Of a stretch of DNA of 64,000 bases, positions 32,264 to 42,495 are shown one piece after another. Position numbers and translations under genes: made by a program. This DNA comes from Terriglobia bacterium (lineage in GTDB: Bacteria > Acidobacteriota > Terriglobia > Acidiferrales > UBA7541): the NCBI GenBank assembly GCA_963695545.1, contig OY968796.1:608001-672000 (forward strand), in the 5' to 3' direction. How positions within the stretch are numbered: position 1 is the stretch's first letter; every line of letters starts with the position of its first letter. The notes beneath the pieces were generated by a model. It made no database searches, was not told the origin of the DNA, and worked only from the letters and a program-made list of their open reading frames with translations.

Positions 32264-35200
32264 ATGTCTCGCGACGCAATTCGGATCGTCAGGGCGTTCT
32301 GCGCAGTCATGTCCGCGCTCGCGCTCGTTGTTTCGCTCGGTGCGCAACCGGCCCTCGCTCAGACAACTGCTCCGCCCGCTGCTTCCTCGGCCTCGACCGC
32401 AAACCCATCGCCAAAATCGGCGCTGCCCGCACCCGACGCGCGCAAGGCCCGCGAAGCCTACGAAGCGGGCCGCCGCGCCGAGCAGTCTCTCGACTGGCAG
32501 ACCGCCTACTCCGCCGAATCCGAAGCGGCCGAATTCGCACCCGATAACAAGGAATATCAGTTGCGGCGTTACCTCGATCGCTTCGTGCTCGTGCAGCAAT
32601 TTACCGACCGCGCCGAACGCGAACAAATCGCCGGCCAATCCTCCGCCGCGCGACAAGATCTCTTGCAAGCGCTCGCGCTCGACCCCGACTACTCGGTCGC
32701 GCAAGAGCGCTTGCAGCAACTAGAGCCTTCGAGTCAAGTCGCACCGCCCACTCCGGATGCAGCTCTCGCCGACATTCCCGAAATCCGGCCGCGGCCCGGG
32801 ACGCGCAGCTTCGATTTCAACGGCCAAACCCGCGCCGCGTATCAGGAGGTCGCCGCGCAATTCGGCCTCGTGGCGCAGTTTGATGCCGACCTTCCCGATC
32901 ACCCCGTGCGCCTGCGCCTGGACGCGGTCGATTTCCAAACCGCGATGAAAGTGCTGGGTGCCGCGACGCACACGTTCTGGCGTCCGATGGACGCGCAAAC
33001 ATTTTTCGTGGCCGACGACACGCCGGCCAAGCGCCGCGATTACGCGCCCGAGATCGAACGGTCATTCATCCTGCCCGACACCATCACCCCGGAAGATATG
33101 AACGAGACCGTGCGCATGATTCGCGAAATCGCCGGCGTCAATCGTGCCACGCTTGACACCGGCTCGCGCCGCCTGACGGTTCGAGATACGCCCCAGCACG
33201 TCGCTCTGGCCCAGGCGCTGCTTGGCGAAATCGAGCAGCCGCGCGGAGAGTTGATGCTCGAAATCGAAATCCTCGAAGTCGACCACTCGCTCACGCGCCA
33301 GCTCGGCGTCTCGCCGCCGACCTCTCAATCCGTCTACGCCCTGACGCCCAGCGAGGCTCAAGCAATCTCGCAAGCCGAATCAAACGGCACGCTTCTGCAA
33401 ACCATCGAAAGCATCTTCACCGGCCTTGGCCTGATTTCCGCCACCGGCGGCGCAAGCGCGGTGCTCCCCGCGCTCCTCGCATTCGGCGGCGGAAAATCCA
33501 TTTTCTTCGCGCCGCTTCCGAGCGCCTCAGCCAATTTCTCGGAAACCATCTCCCATGTGCGCAGCGCCCAGCGCCTCTTGCTTCGCGCCGAAGACGGCCA
33601 GAAAGTTTCCTTCTTCTCCGGCGCGCGCTACCCGGTGTCGCTCGCCAACCTCTCGGCAAATCAATCGGTTTCTCCCACCTCGCTCGGCACCGGCATTCTC
33701 ACCGGCACGCTGCCTACCACCGAATATGCAACGGGCACGGACCCGGTGGCAGTCATCGCAGCGGATTTCAACGGCGACGGCTATCCCGATATCGCCTCCA
33801 CCAACCAATCCGCGGACACCGTTTCGATCCTGCTCAATTCCACCGACGGTTCATTCGCCACACACGTGGATTATCCCGCGGGCACAGGCCCCGCCGGTCT
33901 TGCGACCGCCGATTTCAATGGAGATGGCAAGCCGGACCTGGCCGTGGCTGATTTCACAGGCAATACCGTTTCGATTCTCCTCGGCAACGGCGATGGAACA
34001 TTCCAGACGCCCATAACTTTCCCGGCGGGCACGGGACCAGTGGCCGTGGCCACGGGCGTCTTCAACAATGCCAGCGGACATGTGGACCTGGCTGTCGTCA
34101 ATCAAACCGCGGGCACCGTATCGATCTTTCCCGGCAATGGTGACGGCACATTCGGAACGAAAACGGATTACCCGGTGGGCACTTCGCCATCGGGAATCGC
34201 CGTCGCCGATTTCAACGGCGACGGCAATCTCGATCTGGCGGTGTCGAACCAGGGATCGAACACCGTTTCGGTCCTGCTCGGCAATGGAGACGGCACATTC
34301 CAAGCCAAGACTGATTACACCGTCGGCGCCGCGCCATCCGCCGTCGTCTCCGCAGATTTCAATTTGGACGGCCACCCGGATCTAGCCGTCTCAAATCAAA
34401 CCGACGGCACGGTTTCGATTCTGCTCGGTTTGGGCAACGGCACATTTGGATTCCAGACCACCTTCGCCGCCAACGCCGACCCGACGAGTCTTGTAACCTC
34501 GGACTTCAATAACGACGGCCGCCCTGACCTCGCGGTCTCTAACGCCAGCGCCAACTCCATCTCGATTCTGCTTGGAAACGGCGACGGCACATTCGTAGCT
34601 CCGCTCAGCTTCGGCACGTCGAGCTCGCCAGTTGCGCTGGCCGCGGCCGATTTCAACGGCAATGACTTGATCGACGTGGCCGCGGCGTCGTCGTCAGCGA
34701 ACGCCGTCACCGTGGTTACAAACTCGACGACCGCTCTTGGCTCGGCAAATTCGTCTTTCGTGCCGTACCCGAGCGCGTCGTACGTGGATCTCGGCCTTGG
34801 CGTGCACGCCACACCGCACATCAATGACGCCGGCGAAGTGACGCTCGATCTCCAGTTCGAGATCAGCAGCCTCGCCGGAGAATCCATCAACGATATTCCA
34901 GTCATCAGCAACCGCAGCGTCGAACAAACCGTTCGCGTGCGCGAGAATCAAACGTCGATCATTTCAGGGATCGTGCAGTCGAGCGAGATGGGCGCCATCA
35001 CCGGCTGGCCGTGGGTCGCGCAGCCCGATGCCGCGAGCGCCCTCGCCAGCAATCACAATCAGCAGAACAGCGAAACCGATCTTCTGATTCTCGTCACGCC
35101 GCGCGAAGTGCGCTTGGCGGAGCATCCCGAGCACTCGATCTACGCGGGCGCCGGAGAACCGGGCGGCGCACCGGGAGTCGCCGCGCCTGGCCCCCAAATT

Positions 35201-35383
35201 CCCGCGCCCGCGAGCGTTCCGAGCGCCCCTCAGCCGCCTGGCCCGCCCCCCGCCACGAATAATCCGGGCCCGACGACCGAGCCTGGCACTACCCCCGCGC
35301 CGGCGACGAACGCCGTTCCACCCGGCAATACTGTAACGCCCGCCAATCCCGAACCACCGACCAGCAATCCCAACGGCCCGTGA
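32264..35383 (+). CDS. Secretin (GspD/PilQ-like) with an inserted FG-GAP repeat domain
   Basis: Signal peptide, TPR-like region, N-domains, LMLEIEILEV, GARYPV, 7 FG-GAP repeats, DLGLGVHATPHI, PVISNRSVEQTVRV, LLILVTP, Pro-rich tail. Confidence 0.85.
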   Translation: MSRDAIRIVRAFCAVMSALALVVSLGAQPALAQTTAPPAASSASTANPSPKSALPAPDARKAREAYEAGRRAEQSLDWQTAYSAESEAAEFAPDNKEYQLRRYLDRFVLVQQFTDRAEREQIAGQSSAARQDLLQALALDPDYSVAQERLQQLEPSSQVAPPTPDAALADIPEIRPRPGTRSFDFNGQTRAAYQEVAAQFGLVAQFDADLPDHPVRLRLDAVDFQTAMKVLGAATHTFWRPMDAQTFFVADDTPAKRRDYAPEIERSFILPDTITPEDMNETVRMIREIAGVNRATLDTGSRRLTVRDTPQHVALAQALLGEIEQPRGELMLEIEILEVDHSLTRQLGVSPPTSQSVYALTPSEAQAISQAESNGTLLQTIESIFTGLGLISATGGASAVLPALLAFGGGKSIFFAPLPSASANFSETISHVRSAQRLLLRAEDGQKVSFFSGARYPVSLANLSANQSVSPTSLGTGILTGTLPTTEYATGTDPVAVIAADFNGDGYPDIASTNQSADTVSILLNSTDGSFATHVDYPAGTGPAGLATADFNGDGKPDLAVADFTGNTVSILLGNGDGTFQTPITFPAGTGPVAVATGVFNNASGHVDLAVVNQTAGTVSIFPGNGDGTFGTKTDYPVGTSPSGIAVADFNGDGNLDLAVSNQGSNTVSVLLGNGDGTFQAKTDYTVGAAPSAVVSADFNLDGHPDLAVSNQTDGTVSILLGLGNGTFGFQTTFAANADPTSLVTSDFNNDGRPDLAVSNASANSISILLGNGDGTFVAPLSFGTSSSPVALAAADFNGNDLIDVAAASSSANAVTVVTNSTTALGSANSSFVPYPSASYVDLGLGVHATPHINDAGEVTLDLQFEISSLAGESINDIPVISNRSVEQTVRVRENQTSIISGIVQSSEMGAITGWPWVAQPDAASALASNHNQQNSETDLLILVTPREVRLAEHPEHSIYAGAGEPGGAPGVAAPGPQIPAPASVPSAPQPPGPPPATNNPGPTTEPGTTPAPATNAVPPGNTVTPANPEPPTSNPNGP
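33715..34720 (+). repeat. Seven ~49-aa FG-GAP/VCBS coding repeats
   Basis: DFNGDGxxDLAV..NTVSILLGNGDGTF units. Confidence 0.9.
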
Positions 35384-35451
35384 TCGCTGGCGGCGCCAAG
35401 CTGCCCGCGCGTTTCCATCTCGATTTCAATTTGTCGCGATGCGCGCAGCGT

Positions 35452-36426
35452 TCACGGCTCGGCTTCGAGCACCACCACCGGCCGATACGTCCGCGGCACA
35501 ACGGCTTGCGCGATCGCGATCAGGCGCTGCTGCTGATTGAAAACGCGCAGCCGCGCCGGCTGCCACTCGCCGGAATCGAGTTCCGCCGGTCCTTGTTGCG
35601 TCGCCGGCGCGCGCCCCGGCTGAAGCTGCGCCAGTTGAATCGTGAAATTCGTGCCGTGACGCACGCGGTGCTCGATCGCGGGCGCAACCGTCACGCTCGG
35701 CAAATTCGGCAGCAGGCGCTCGAGCGGCAAAACCCATTCCGCGGCGCGGCCCTCGCGCGCGGCCTGCTCGAATGTTTCGAGCTTCACCGCTTGATCGAGA
35801 GTAAACTCGCCAACGGCCGTGCGCACAATCGCGGAAAGATGCGCGCCGCAACCGAGCGCTTCTCCCATTTCGTGCGCGAGCGAACGAATGTAGGTTCCCG
35901 ATGAACACTCCACCGTGAAGTGCGCGCTCGCGCCTTCGACTTCAAGCGCGCGAAATTCGTAGACTTCCACTTCCGCGGCCTCGAGCTTCACGGGCTTATT
36001 TTCGCGCGCGAGTTCGTGCGCCGGGCGGCCCTGGATTTTTTTCGCGGAATAGGGAGGCGGCATTTGCGCGAATCGTCCCACGCGCGCCGCGGCCAGCGAT
36101 TCGATTTGCGCGCGATCGAGTTGCGGCGCTACGTCCGGACCGAGCGCCGCACCGTCGGCGTCGTACGTATCGGTCGCAAAACCGAAACGAAACGTCGTGT
36201 CGTAGCGCTTGCGTCGCCCTGCGTAAAACTGCGCGAGCCGCGTCGCCCGGCCCAGCAACAGCACCAGCACGCCGGTCGCCAGCGGATCGAGCGTCCCGAG
36301 ATGTCCCACCTGCCGGAATCCCAACGCGTGCCGCACGGCTTCGACAACATCGTGCGAAGTCGGTCCGCCCGGCTTGTCAACGACCAGCGCACCGTCGATG
36401 GACGCGGGCTGCCGCTTTCTAGGCAT
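35452..36426 (-). CDS. truB: tRNA pseudouridine(55) synthase
   Basis: DKPGGPTSHD, GHLGTLDPLATG, CSSGTYIRSL. Confidence 0.96.
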   Translation of the reverse strand: MPRKRQPASIDGALVVDKPGGPTSHDVVEAVRHALGFRQVGHLGTLDPLATGVLVLLLGRATRLAQFYAGRRKRYDTTFRFGFATDTYDADGAALGPDVAPQLDRAQIESLAAARVGRFAQMPPPYSAKKIQGRPAHELARENKPVKLEAAEVEVYEFRALEVEGASAHFTVECSSGTYIRSLAHEMGEALGCGAHLSAIVRTAVGEFTLDQAVKLETFEQAAREGRAAEWVLPLERLLPNLPSVTVAPAIEHRVRHGTNFTIQLAQLQPGRAPATQQGPAELDSGEWQPARLRVFNQQQRLIAIAQAVVPRTYRPVVVLEAEP

Positions 36427-36480
36427 GATTTGGAGTCACGAAGGCTGCAGAATTTGCGGAGAGCAAGCGCGCCGTCAACA

Positions 36481-36843
36481 TCAAGGCGCAGGCGGCTTCT
36501 TTGCCTCGCGCAGCAATTCTTCGATTCGTTGGCTGTATTGGTCCGAGCGGTCGATCACGAAATTCAATTCCGGCGCGCGCCGCAACCGCAGCCGCGAAGC
36601 CAGTTCGTGCCGGATGTAGCCGGACGCGGCGTTTAGTCCCGCGAGCACGCGTTTATCTTCGGCTTGGTCGCCGCGCACGCTCACGTACACGCGCACCAGC
36701 TTCAAGCCGTGCAGCATGCGCACTTCGCTCACAGTCACCGCGGCATCCAGGCGCGGATCCATCAGCTCGCCGGCGAGCATCGAGCCCAACTCGTGGGCGA
36801 TCTCCTCGGCAACCCGTTCGTGACGATGTCCTGCAACAGTCAT
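36481..36843 (-). CDS. rbfA: Ribosome-binding factor A
   Basis: RHERVAEEI..DPRL..SGYIRHELASRLRLRRAPELNF; exact start uncertain. Confidence 0.92.
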   Translation of the reverse strand: MTVAGHRHERVAEEIAHELGSMLAGELMDPRLDAAVTVSEVRMLHGLKLVRVYVSVRGDQAEDKRVLAGLNAASGYIRHELASRLRLRRAPELNFVIDRSDQYSQRIEELLREAKKPPAP

Positions 36844-36955
36844 ATTCACCGTCCGCAACAGCCGGACTCCCCTTACGGGCAACTTTTGCTCCTGCGAACT
36901 TTCTCGCACGGAGACTTTCGCTGTCAAAACAATTCTCTCTTTTTTCTTAGTAAAT

Positions 36956-37237
36956 TCACAACAACTCCAATTCGTGTCCCACAAGATCGCGCCCCAGCAC
37001 GCGTTCGGATTCCTCAAAAATTGTGCGCAGTGATTGTTCGAGGTGCCCCGCGTTGTTCGAGAGCGTCGCCACGCCGATTGTCGCGCGCTGCCATGCATCT
37101 TGCCCGTCCAGTTCCGCCACGGCCACGTTGAATCGCGCGCGAAGTCGATCCTTCAGGCTGCGCAGCACCTGGCGCTTATCCTTCAAAGAGTGCGCGTCCG
37201 GGATATAAATTTCCAGGGTGAGCAACCCGATCGGCAT
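36956..37237 (-). CDS. DUF503 family protein
   Basis: SLKDKRQV..FNVAVAE..QDAWQR; typical position between infB and rbfA. Confidence 0.9.
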   Translation of the reverse strand: MPIGLLTLEIYIPDAHSLKDKRQVLRSLKDRLRARFNVAVAELDGQDAWQRATIGVATLSNNAGHLEQSLRTIFEESERVLGRDLVGHELELL

Positions 37238-37315
37238 TCGCGCTCCCTGGTGAGAGGAATCTTGCGGTAGACGAAGCAAACTCAGCGAAACAGCCGGCTC
37301 TCGCGAACCAGGCGA

Positions 37316-40189
37316 CTACGCGCTCGCCTCCGCCAAGGCGACCTTCTGCAAATTGAAGCACTCGAGCACGTCGGCCACTTTGAGGTCGTTGAAATTCGCC
37401 ACGCCCACGCCGCACTCAAAGCCCGCGCGCACTTCGCTCGCGTCATCCTTGAAGCGCCGCAGCGAACTCAGCTTACCGGTGTAAACCACCGCTCCGTCGC
37501 GCACCACGCGCACCTGCGCGTCGCGCTTCAGCACGCCATCCAGCACGTAACAACCGGCAATCATCCCCACGCCCTTGATGCGGAACGTGTCGCGCACTTC
37601 GGCGCGGCCCAGATGCGTTTCCTGGAACACCGGCTCGAGCAATCCGGAAAGCGCCTTCTTGATTTCGTCCGAGACTTCGTAAATTACCGAATGCGTGCGA
37701 ATGTCCACGTTTTCCTGCTGCGCCAGCTCCGCCGCTTTGCGCTCCGGCCGCACGTTGAACGCGATCACGATTGCGTTTGACGCCGAAGCCAGCAGCACGT
37801 CGGTCTCGGAAACCGCGCCGACGCTCGCGTGAATGATCTTGAGCTTCACCTGATCGGTCGATAGCTTCGGCAGCATTTCTTCCAGCACTTCCACCGAGCC
37901 TTGCACGTCGGCCTTGATCACCACCGGCAATTCCTTCACTTCGCCCACGCGCAACTGCTCGTGCAATTGATCGAGCGTGATGCGCGCGCCGGAAGTTTTC
38001 GCGAGCGCGGCGTCGCGAATTTTCGTTTGCCGGTAATCGACGATGTGCCGCGCCTTGGCCTCGTCGGTCACTTGCAATGGATCGCCCGCTTCCGGCACGC
38101 CCTGCAATCCCAGCACTTCGACCGGCGTCGATGGACCAGCCTCTTTCACGATGCGGCCTTTGTCGTCAAACATCGCGCGCACTTTGCCGTACACCGCGCC
38201 GCAGATGAAAACGTCGCCCGTGCGCAGCGTGCCGCCTTGCACCAAAACCGTGGCCACGGGTCCGCGCCCTTTGTCCACGCGCGATTCAAGCACCGTGCCC
38301 GTCGCCGGAGCCGTCGGGCTGGCGCGCAGCTCGCGCAAATCGGAAACCAGCAGAATCATCTCCAGCAACTTGTCGAGATTGGTCCGTTGCTTCGCGGAAA
38401 CTTCCACGGTCACCGTGTCGCCGCCCCAATCTTCGGGCATTAGTCCACGATCGGCCAACTGGCGCTTCACGCGCTCGGTTTCCGCGCCGGGCTTGTCAAT
38501 TTTGTTGATCGCAACAATGATCGGAACGCCCGCGGCCTTGGCGTGATCGATGGCCTCTTGCGTTTGCGGCATCACGCCATCGTCAGCCGCCACGACCAGC
38601 ACCACGATGTCCGTGACCTTCGCGCCGCGCGCGCGCATGCGCGTGAAGGCTTCGTGGCCCGGCGTGTCGATGAAAACGATGCGCCGTCCGTTCACCGTCA
38701 CTTGCGACGCGCCGATGTGCTGCGTGATCCCCCCGGCCTCGCCCGCGGCCACTTCGGTTTGGCGAATGGCGTCAAGCAAACTGGTTTTGCCGTGATCAAC
38801 GTGGCCCATCACGGTCACCACCGGCGCACGCGGCTCAAGGTCGGAGGCCTTATTCTCCTTGGCGTTTTCCTTCGCCGTGTCCTGCACCACTTCTTCCTCG
38901 AACGAAATCACATTCACGATTCCGTTAAAGGCTTCGGCCAAACTCGTGGCCATCGGAACATCGAGCGCCTGGTTGATGCTGGCGAAAATTCCGCGATCCA
39001 GCAGCGTCTTCAAAACATCCTTCGCGCGCACGTCCAGCTTTTCGGCCAGATCGCGCACCGTGATTCCTTCGGTGATCGTCACTGGACGCGGCTCGCGCGG
39101 CGGAGCCGCCGGAGCGCGCTCCACTTGTGCCGTGCGGCGCTCGCCGACGCCCGCGCGCGTGCGCACCGGATGCAACTTGCGTTCGCCTTCTTCAAATCGC
39201 CGCTCGAGCGTCGGCCGCGCACGCGCCGCGGGCTTGCGTTCGTAAATCGGCTTGCCCGGCTCAGCCTTCGGCGGAACTCGATCCGGTGGAAGCAACGGCC
39301 CCGGCCGCCCGCCGCCGCCACTCGGCCGCTGACCAGGCCGCGAAGGCACAAACCCGGGCCGAACGCCTGGCGCGCCGGGACGCATCGGCGGCCGTGAAGG
39401 CACAAAACCGCCCGGTCGCACGCCGGGATTGACTGCTCCGGATCGCGCCGCCATCGGCGCGCCGCCAGCCGCAGGTCGCGCGGCAGTGGGATGAATTCGT
39501 GCTCCAGCCGCGGGCGCTGCGCTCACCGGGGCAGCAGGCCTTTGCGGCGGCAGCGGATTTGGCCTGCCGATCGCGGGCGGAGCCGGCGTTCTTGATCGCG
39601 TAGGCGCGGGAGTCGTTTGGCCCGAAGCAGCGGGTCGCGCGGCAACAGTGCCCGGCGCCGCAGGTCTCGCTGGGATAGCGCCATGTGCCGCGGGTCTAGC
39701 GGGAGCGGCGCCGGGCGCTGAAGGTCTGGTTGGAATTGCCGCCGGAGGGCCGGGCTTCGCCGGTGCCGTGGAGGCTGGCGCAGCCGGTGGCTTCGCAGCG
39801 GGCGCGGCTGCCGGAGGTGGCGCAGCGGTTGCCGCAGGAGTCGCTGCAACTGGCACGGCCGCTGCCGGAGCCACTGGCGTCGGCGCAGCGGCAGGCGCGG
39901 GCGGCGCTACAGCCGGCACGGGCGCCGCGGGCGGCCGCATGCGCGCGGCTTTGGCAGCCGCATCCTTCGCGGCTTTATCCGCGATGGCTTTTGCTTCCGC
40001 CGCGGCTTCGGCGTCAGCCATCTGCCGAAAATGTTCTTTGACTTTCTCTGCGGCGGATACATCGATCGAACTCGAATGCGTTTTCTTTTCGGTGACGCCG
40101 GCTTCCGGCAAATAATCCAGAATTGCCTTGGCCTTCACCTCGAGTTCGCGGGCCAGCTCGTTGATGCGAATTTGCGGTTGATCGGACAT
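37316..40189 (-). CDS. infB: Translation initiation factor IF-2
   Basis: [29 protein letters not shown]; long Pro/Ala-rich linker. Confidence 0.98.
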   Translation of the reverse strand: MSDQPQIRINELARELEVKAKAILDYLPEAGVTEKKTHSSSIDVSAAEKVKEHFRQMADAEAAAEAKAIADKAAKDAAAKAARMRPPAAPVPAVAPPAPAAAPTPVAPAAAVPVAATPAATAAPPPAAAPAAKPPAAPASTAPAKPGPPAAIPTRPSAPGAAPARPAAHGAIPARPAAPGTVAARPAASGQTTPAPTRSRTPAPPAIGRPNPLPPQRPAAPVSAAPAAGARIHPTAARPAAGGAPMAARSGAVNPGVRPGGFVPSRPPMRPGAPGVRPGFVPSRPGQRPSGGGGRPGPLLPPDRVPPKAEPGKPIYERKPAARARPTLERRFEEGERKLHPVRTRAGVGERRTAQVERAPAAPPREPRPVTITEGITVRDLAEKLDVRAKDVLKTLLDRGIFASINQALDVPMATSLAEAFNGIVNVISFEEEVVQDTAKENAKENKASDLEPRAPVVTVMGHVDHGKTSLLDAIRQTEVAAGEAGGITQHIGASQVTVNGRRIVFIDTPGHEAFTRMRARGAKVTDIVVLVVAADDGVMPQTQEAIDHAKAAGVPIIVAINKIDKPGAETERVKRQLADRGLMPEDWGGDTVTVEVSAKQRTNLDKLLEMILLVSDLRELRASPTAPATGTVLESRVDKGRGPVATVLVQGGTLRTGDVFICGAVYGKVRAMFDDKGRIVKEAGPSTPVEVLGLQGVPEAGDPLQVTDEAKARHIVDYRQTKIRDAALAKTSGARITLDQLHEQLRVGEVKELPVVIKADVQGSVEVLEEMLPKLSTDQVKLKIIHASVGAVSETDVLLASASNAIVIAFNVRPERKAAELAQQENVDIRTHSVIYEVSDEIKKALSGLLEPVFQETHLGRAEVRDTFRIKGVGMIAGCYVLDGVLKRDAQVRVVRDGAVVYTGKLSSLRRFKDDASEVRAGFECGVGVANFNDLKVADVLECFNLQKVALAEASA

Positions 40190-40198
40190 CCGTTGAAG

Positions 40199-41767
40199 TT
40201 ATTGGTCCCCTTCGCCCTCGCCGCTTGCAGGCGCTTCGGCTGACGCGTTTTCGTTCCCAGTTTCCTCGGCGGGCGGCTCGGAAGTTTCCGTGGCTTCGGG
40301 AGCGTCCGTTACTTCGGGCGATTCGGCCGCTTCGGCGTCAATCGCCGCCTGGTCGAGCGCTTCCTGCTCGCTCGGCGTTTCTGTTTCGCCAGCCGCATCC
40401 GCACCTTCAGGCGCAGCTTCTTGTGCTTCGCCTGTAGCTTCACCTTCCGTAGCGGCCTCGACTTCGCCTTCCTGCGCAGCTTCCGCCGCAGCCGCTTGCT
40501 GTGCTTCGAGGTCCTGGAAATATGCGGCGACCGCAAGCTGTATCTTCTCGACCATCTTTTCGCCGATGCCCGGAATTTCCATCAGTTGCTCGGGCGTCAT
40601 GTCCGCGAGCTTTTCGATCAAGGTGATGCCGTGCGCCTCGATGCGCTCGATTGTCTTCGGACCGATGCCCTGCAACTCGGAAAGCGGCGTGCCCGGAGCG
40701 GTGAGCGCGGCCATCTGCGCTTCAATCTCCTGGCGTTTTTCTTCTTCGCTCTTGATGTCCACGTTCCAGCCGATCAGCTTGCTGGCCAGGCGAACGTTCT
40801 GGCCCTTTCTGCCGATCGCGAGCGAAAGCTGCGTATCCTCGACGATGATCTCGAGGTGCTTGGTCTCCGGATCGATGATCTGCACGCGCGTGACCTTCGC
40901 GGGCGAAAGCGCCTTCTGCGCGAACGTCACCGTATCTTCGGAGTACGGAATGATGTCAATTTTTTCGCCGTGCAATTCGCGGATGATCGACTGCACGCGC
41001 ATGCCCTTCATGCCCACGCACGCGCCGACCGGGTCGACGTCCTTATCGCGGCTGGCGACCGCGATTTTCGTGCGCTCGCCGGCCTCGCGCGCCGCGGCGC
41101 GAATCTGCACCGTGCCGTCGTAAATTTCCGGCACTTCCATCTCGAACAATCTCTGCACCAGCACGGGATCGGCGCGCGACACAACCACTTGCGGCCCCTT
41201 GGCCGCGCGATCCACGCCGCGAATCACCACGCGCAAACGCTCGCCGATGTTGTAAGTTTCCAAACGCGATTGCTCGCGCCGCGGCAAGCGCGCTTCCGCG
41301 CGGCCCAGGTCCACGATCACGTCCGGACCCTCGACGCGCTTCACGATGCAATTCACCAGCTCGCCCGTGCGGCCGTTATATTCGTTAAAGATCGTGTCGC
41401 GCTCGGCTTCGCGCACCTTCTGCATGATCACTTGCTTAGCGGTTTGCGCGGCGATGCGCCCGAGCACGTCCGTCGGCTTGGAAAACAAAATTTCGCCGCC
41501 CACCTCCACGTCCGGATGGGTCTTGCGCGCTTCGGCCAGAGTGACTTCCTTTTTCGGGTCCGTCACTTCGTCGACCACCAGGCGCGCCGCAAAAACGTCG
41601 ATTTGTCCCGTGTCCGGATTGAATTTCGAGCGCAGCTCTTCCTCGGTCTTGTAATACTTTCGCGCAGCCACAACCATGGCGTCTTCAATCGCCGCCACGA
41701 TAATCTCGGGCTCGATGTGCTTTTCCCGGCTGATCTGCTCGATGGTCTGATACAACAAACTTGCCAT
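40199..41767 (-). CDS. nusA: Transcription termination factor NusA
   Basis: GRIAAQTAKQV, S1 and KH domains, AIGRKGQNVRLA, HhH and acidic tail. Confidence 0.98.
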   Translation of the reverse strand: MASLLYQTIEQISREKHIEPEIIVAAIEDAMVVAARKYYKTEEELRSKFNPDTGQIDVFAARLVVDEVTDPKKEVTLAEARKTHPDVEVGGEILFSKPTDVLGRIAAQTAKQVIMQKVREAERDTIFNEYNGRTGELVNCIVKRVEGPDVIVDLGRAEARLPRREQSRLETYNIGERLRVVIRGVDRAAKGPQVVVSRADPVLVQRLFEMEVPEIYDGTVQIRAAAREAGERTKIAVASRDKDVDPVGACVGMKGMRVQSIIRELHGEKIDIIPYSEDTVTFAQKALSPAKVTRVQIIDPETKHLEIIVEDTQLSLAIGRKGQNVRLASKLIGWNVDIKSEEEKRQEIEAQMAALTAPGTPLSELQGIGPKTIERIEAHGITLIEKLADMTPEQLMEIPGIGEKMVEKIQLAVAAYFQDLEAQQAAAAEAAQEGEVEAATEGEATGEAQEAAPEGADAAGETETPSEQEALDQAAIDAEAAESPEVTDAPEATETSEPPAEETGNENASAEAPASGEGEGDQ

Positions 41768-41792
41768 TGCCCCTCGCTCTCGAATCTTGCCG

Positions 41793-42320
41793 CTAAAACT
41801 CGACTACCAACTGCGCTTTGCGAATCGCTTCGATCGGCAGCGCGATTCGCCGCCCGGCCACATCCATTGCCACTTGCCCGTCCGCAAATCCCGCCAGGCG
41901 CCCGTCGAAAAACGTTTGCCCTTCGACCGGCGCAAACGTCGAGATGCGCGCACGCCGCCCCGCGAAGCGCTCAAATTCCGCCGGCTTCGCCAGCTTGCGG
42001 TCGAGTCCCGGCGAGCTCACTTCGAGGACGTAGCTCGGCCCGGGCACCAGATCCTCGACATCCAAAATGACGCTCAGTTGATGGCTGACCGCTTCGCAAT
42101 CGCGGTGGCCGACGCCTTCAGTCGTGCCAGGCTCGGCCAACTCATCAGAGGTCAACGACTCATCCGCAGCAACTGCGTGGTTCGCCTTTGCAGGCTTGTC
42201 AATGTAGACGCGCAGGAAGCGCTGCTTCCCTACCTTCCACTCCACGTCCACAATTTCGAGACCCAGCGAGCGAGCTACGCGCTCGGCCGCCTCGCGAATC
42301 CGCTCGACGTCCACACCCAT
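41793..42320 (-). CDS. rimP: Ribosome maturation factor RimP
   Basis: LRVYIDK, DCEAVS, YVLEVSSPGLDR. Confidence 0.96.
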   Translation of the reverse strand: MGVDVERIREAAERVARSLGLEIVDVEWKVGKQRFLRVYIDKPAKANHAVAADESLTSDELAEPGTTEGVGHRDCEAVSHQLSVILDVEDLVPGPSYVLEVSSPGLDRKLAKPAEFERFAGRRARISTFAPVEGQTFFDGRLAGFADGQVAMDVAGRRIALPIEAIRKAQLVVEF

Positions 42321-42351
42321 GACGCACTTGCCTCGCCGCGGTCCCCGGGGA

Positions 42352-42378
42352 ACAAAAAAGTGGGCTCTCGCCCACTCG
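42352..42378 (-). terminator. rimP-leader hairpin with U-tract (attenuator-like)
   Basis: Minus strand GAGTGGGC-GAGA-GCCCACTTTTTTGTT between promoter and rimP. Confidence 0.8.
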
Positions 42379-42410
42379 AACGTGCGACCCAGTTCACCGC
42401 AGCAAAAACC

Positions 42411-42439
42411 AGTATAAACGCCCTTACTGGGAAAATCAA
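42411..42439 (-). promoter_or_regulatory. Sigma70 promoter of the rimP operon, TTGATT-N17-TATACT
   Basis: Near-consensus with ideal spacing. Confidence 0.7.
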
Positions 42440-42495
42440 GGAAGGCAAAGGGATGCCGGCGGCGTCAGTTTCACCGGGTGCCCGGCGCAGGACAA

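Noticed and set aside
39300..39960. Repeat-like region in infB as an insertion
   Set aside because: Ordinary Pro/Ala-rich IF-2 linker.
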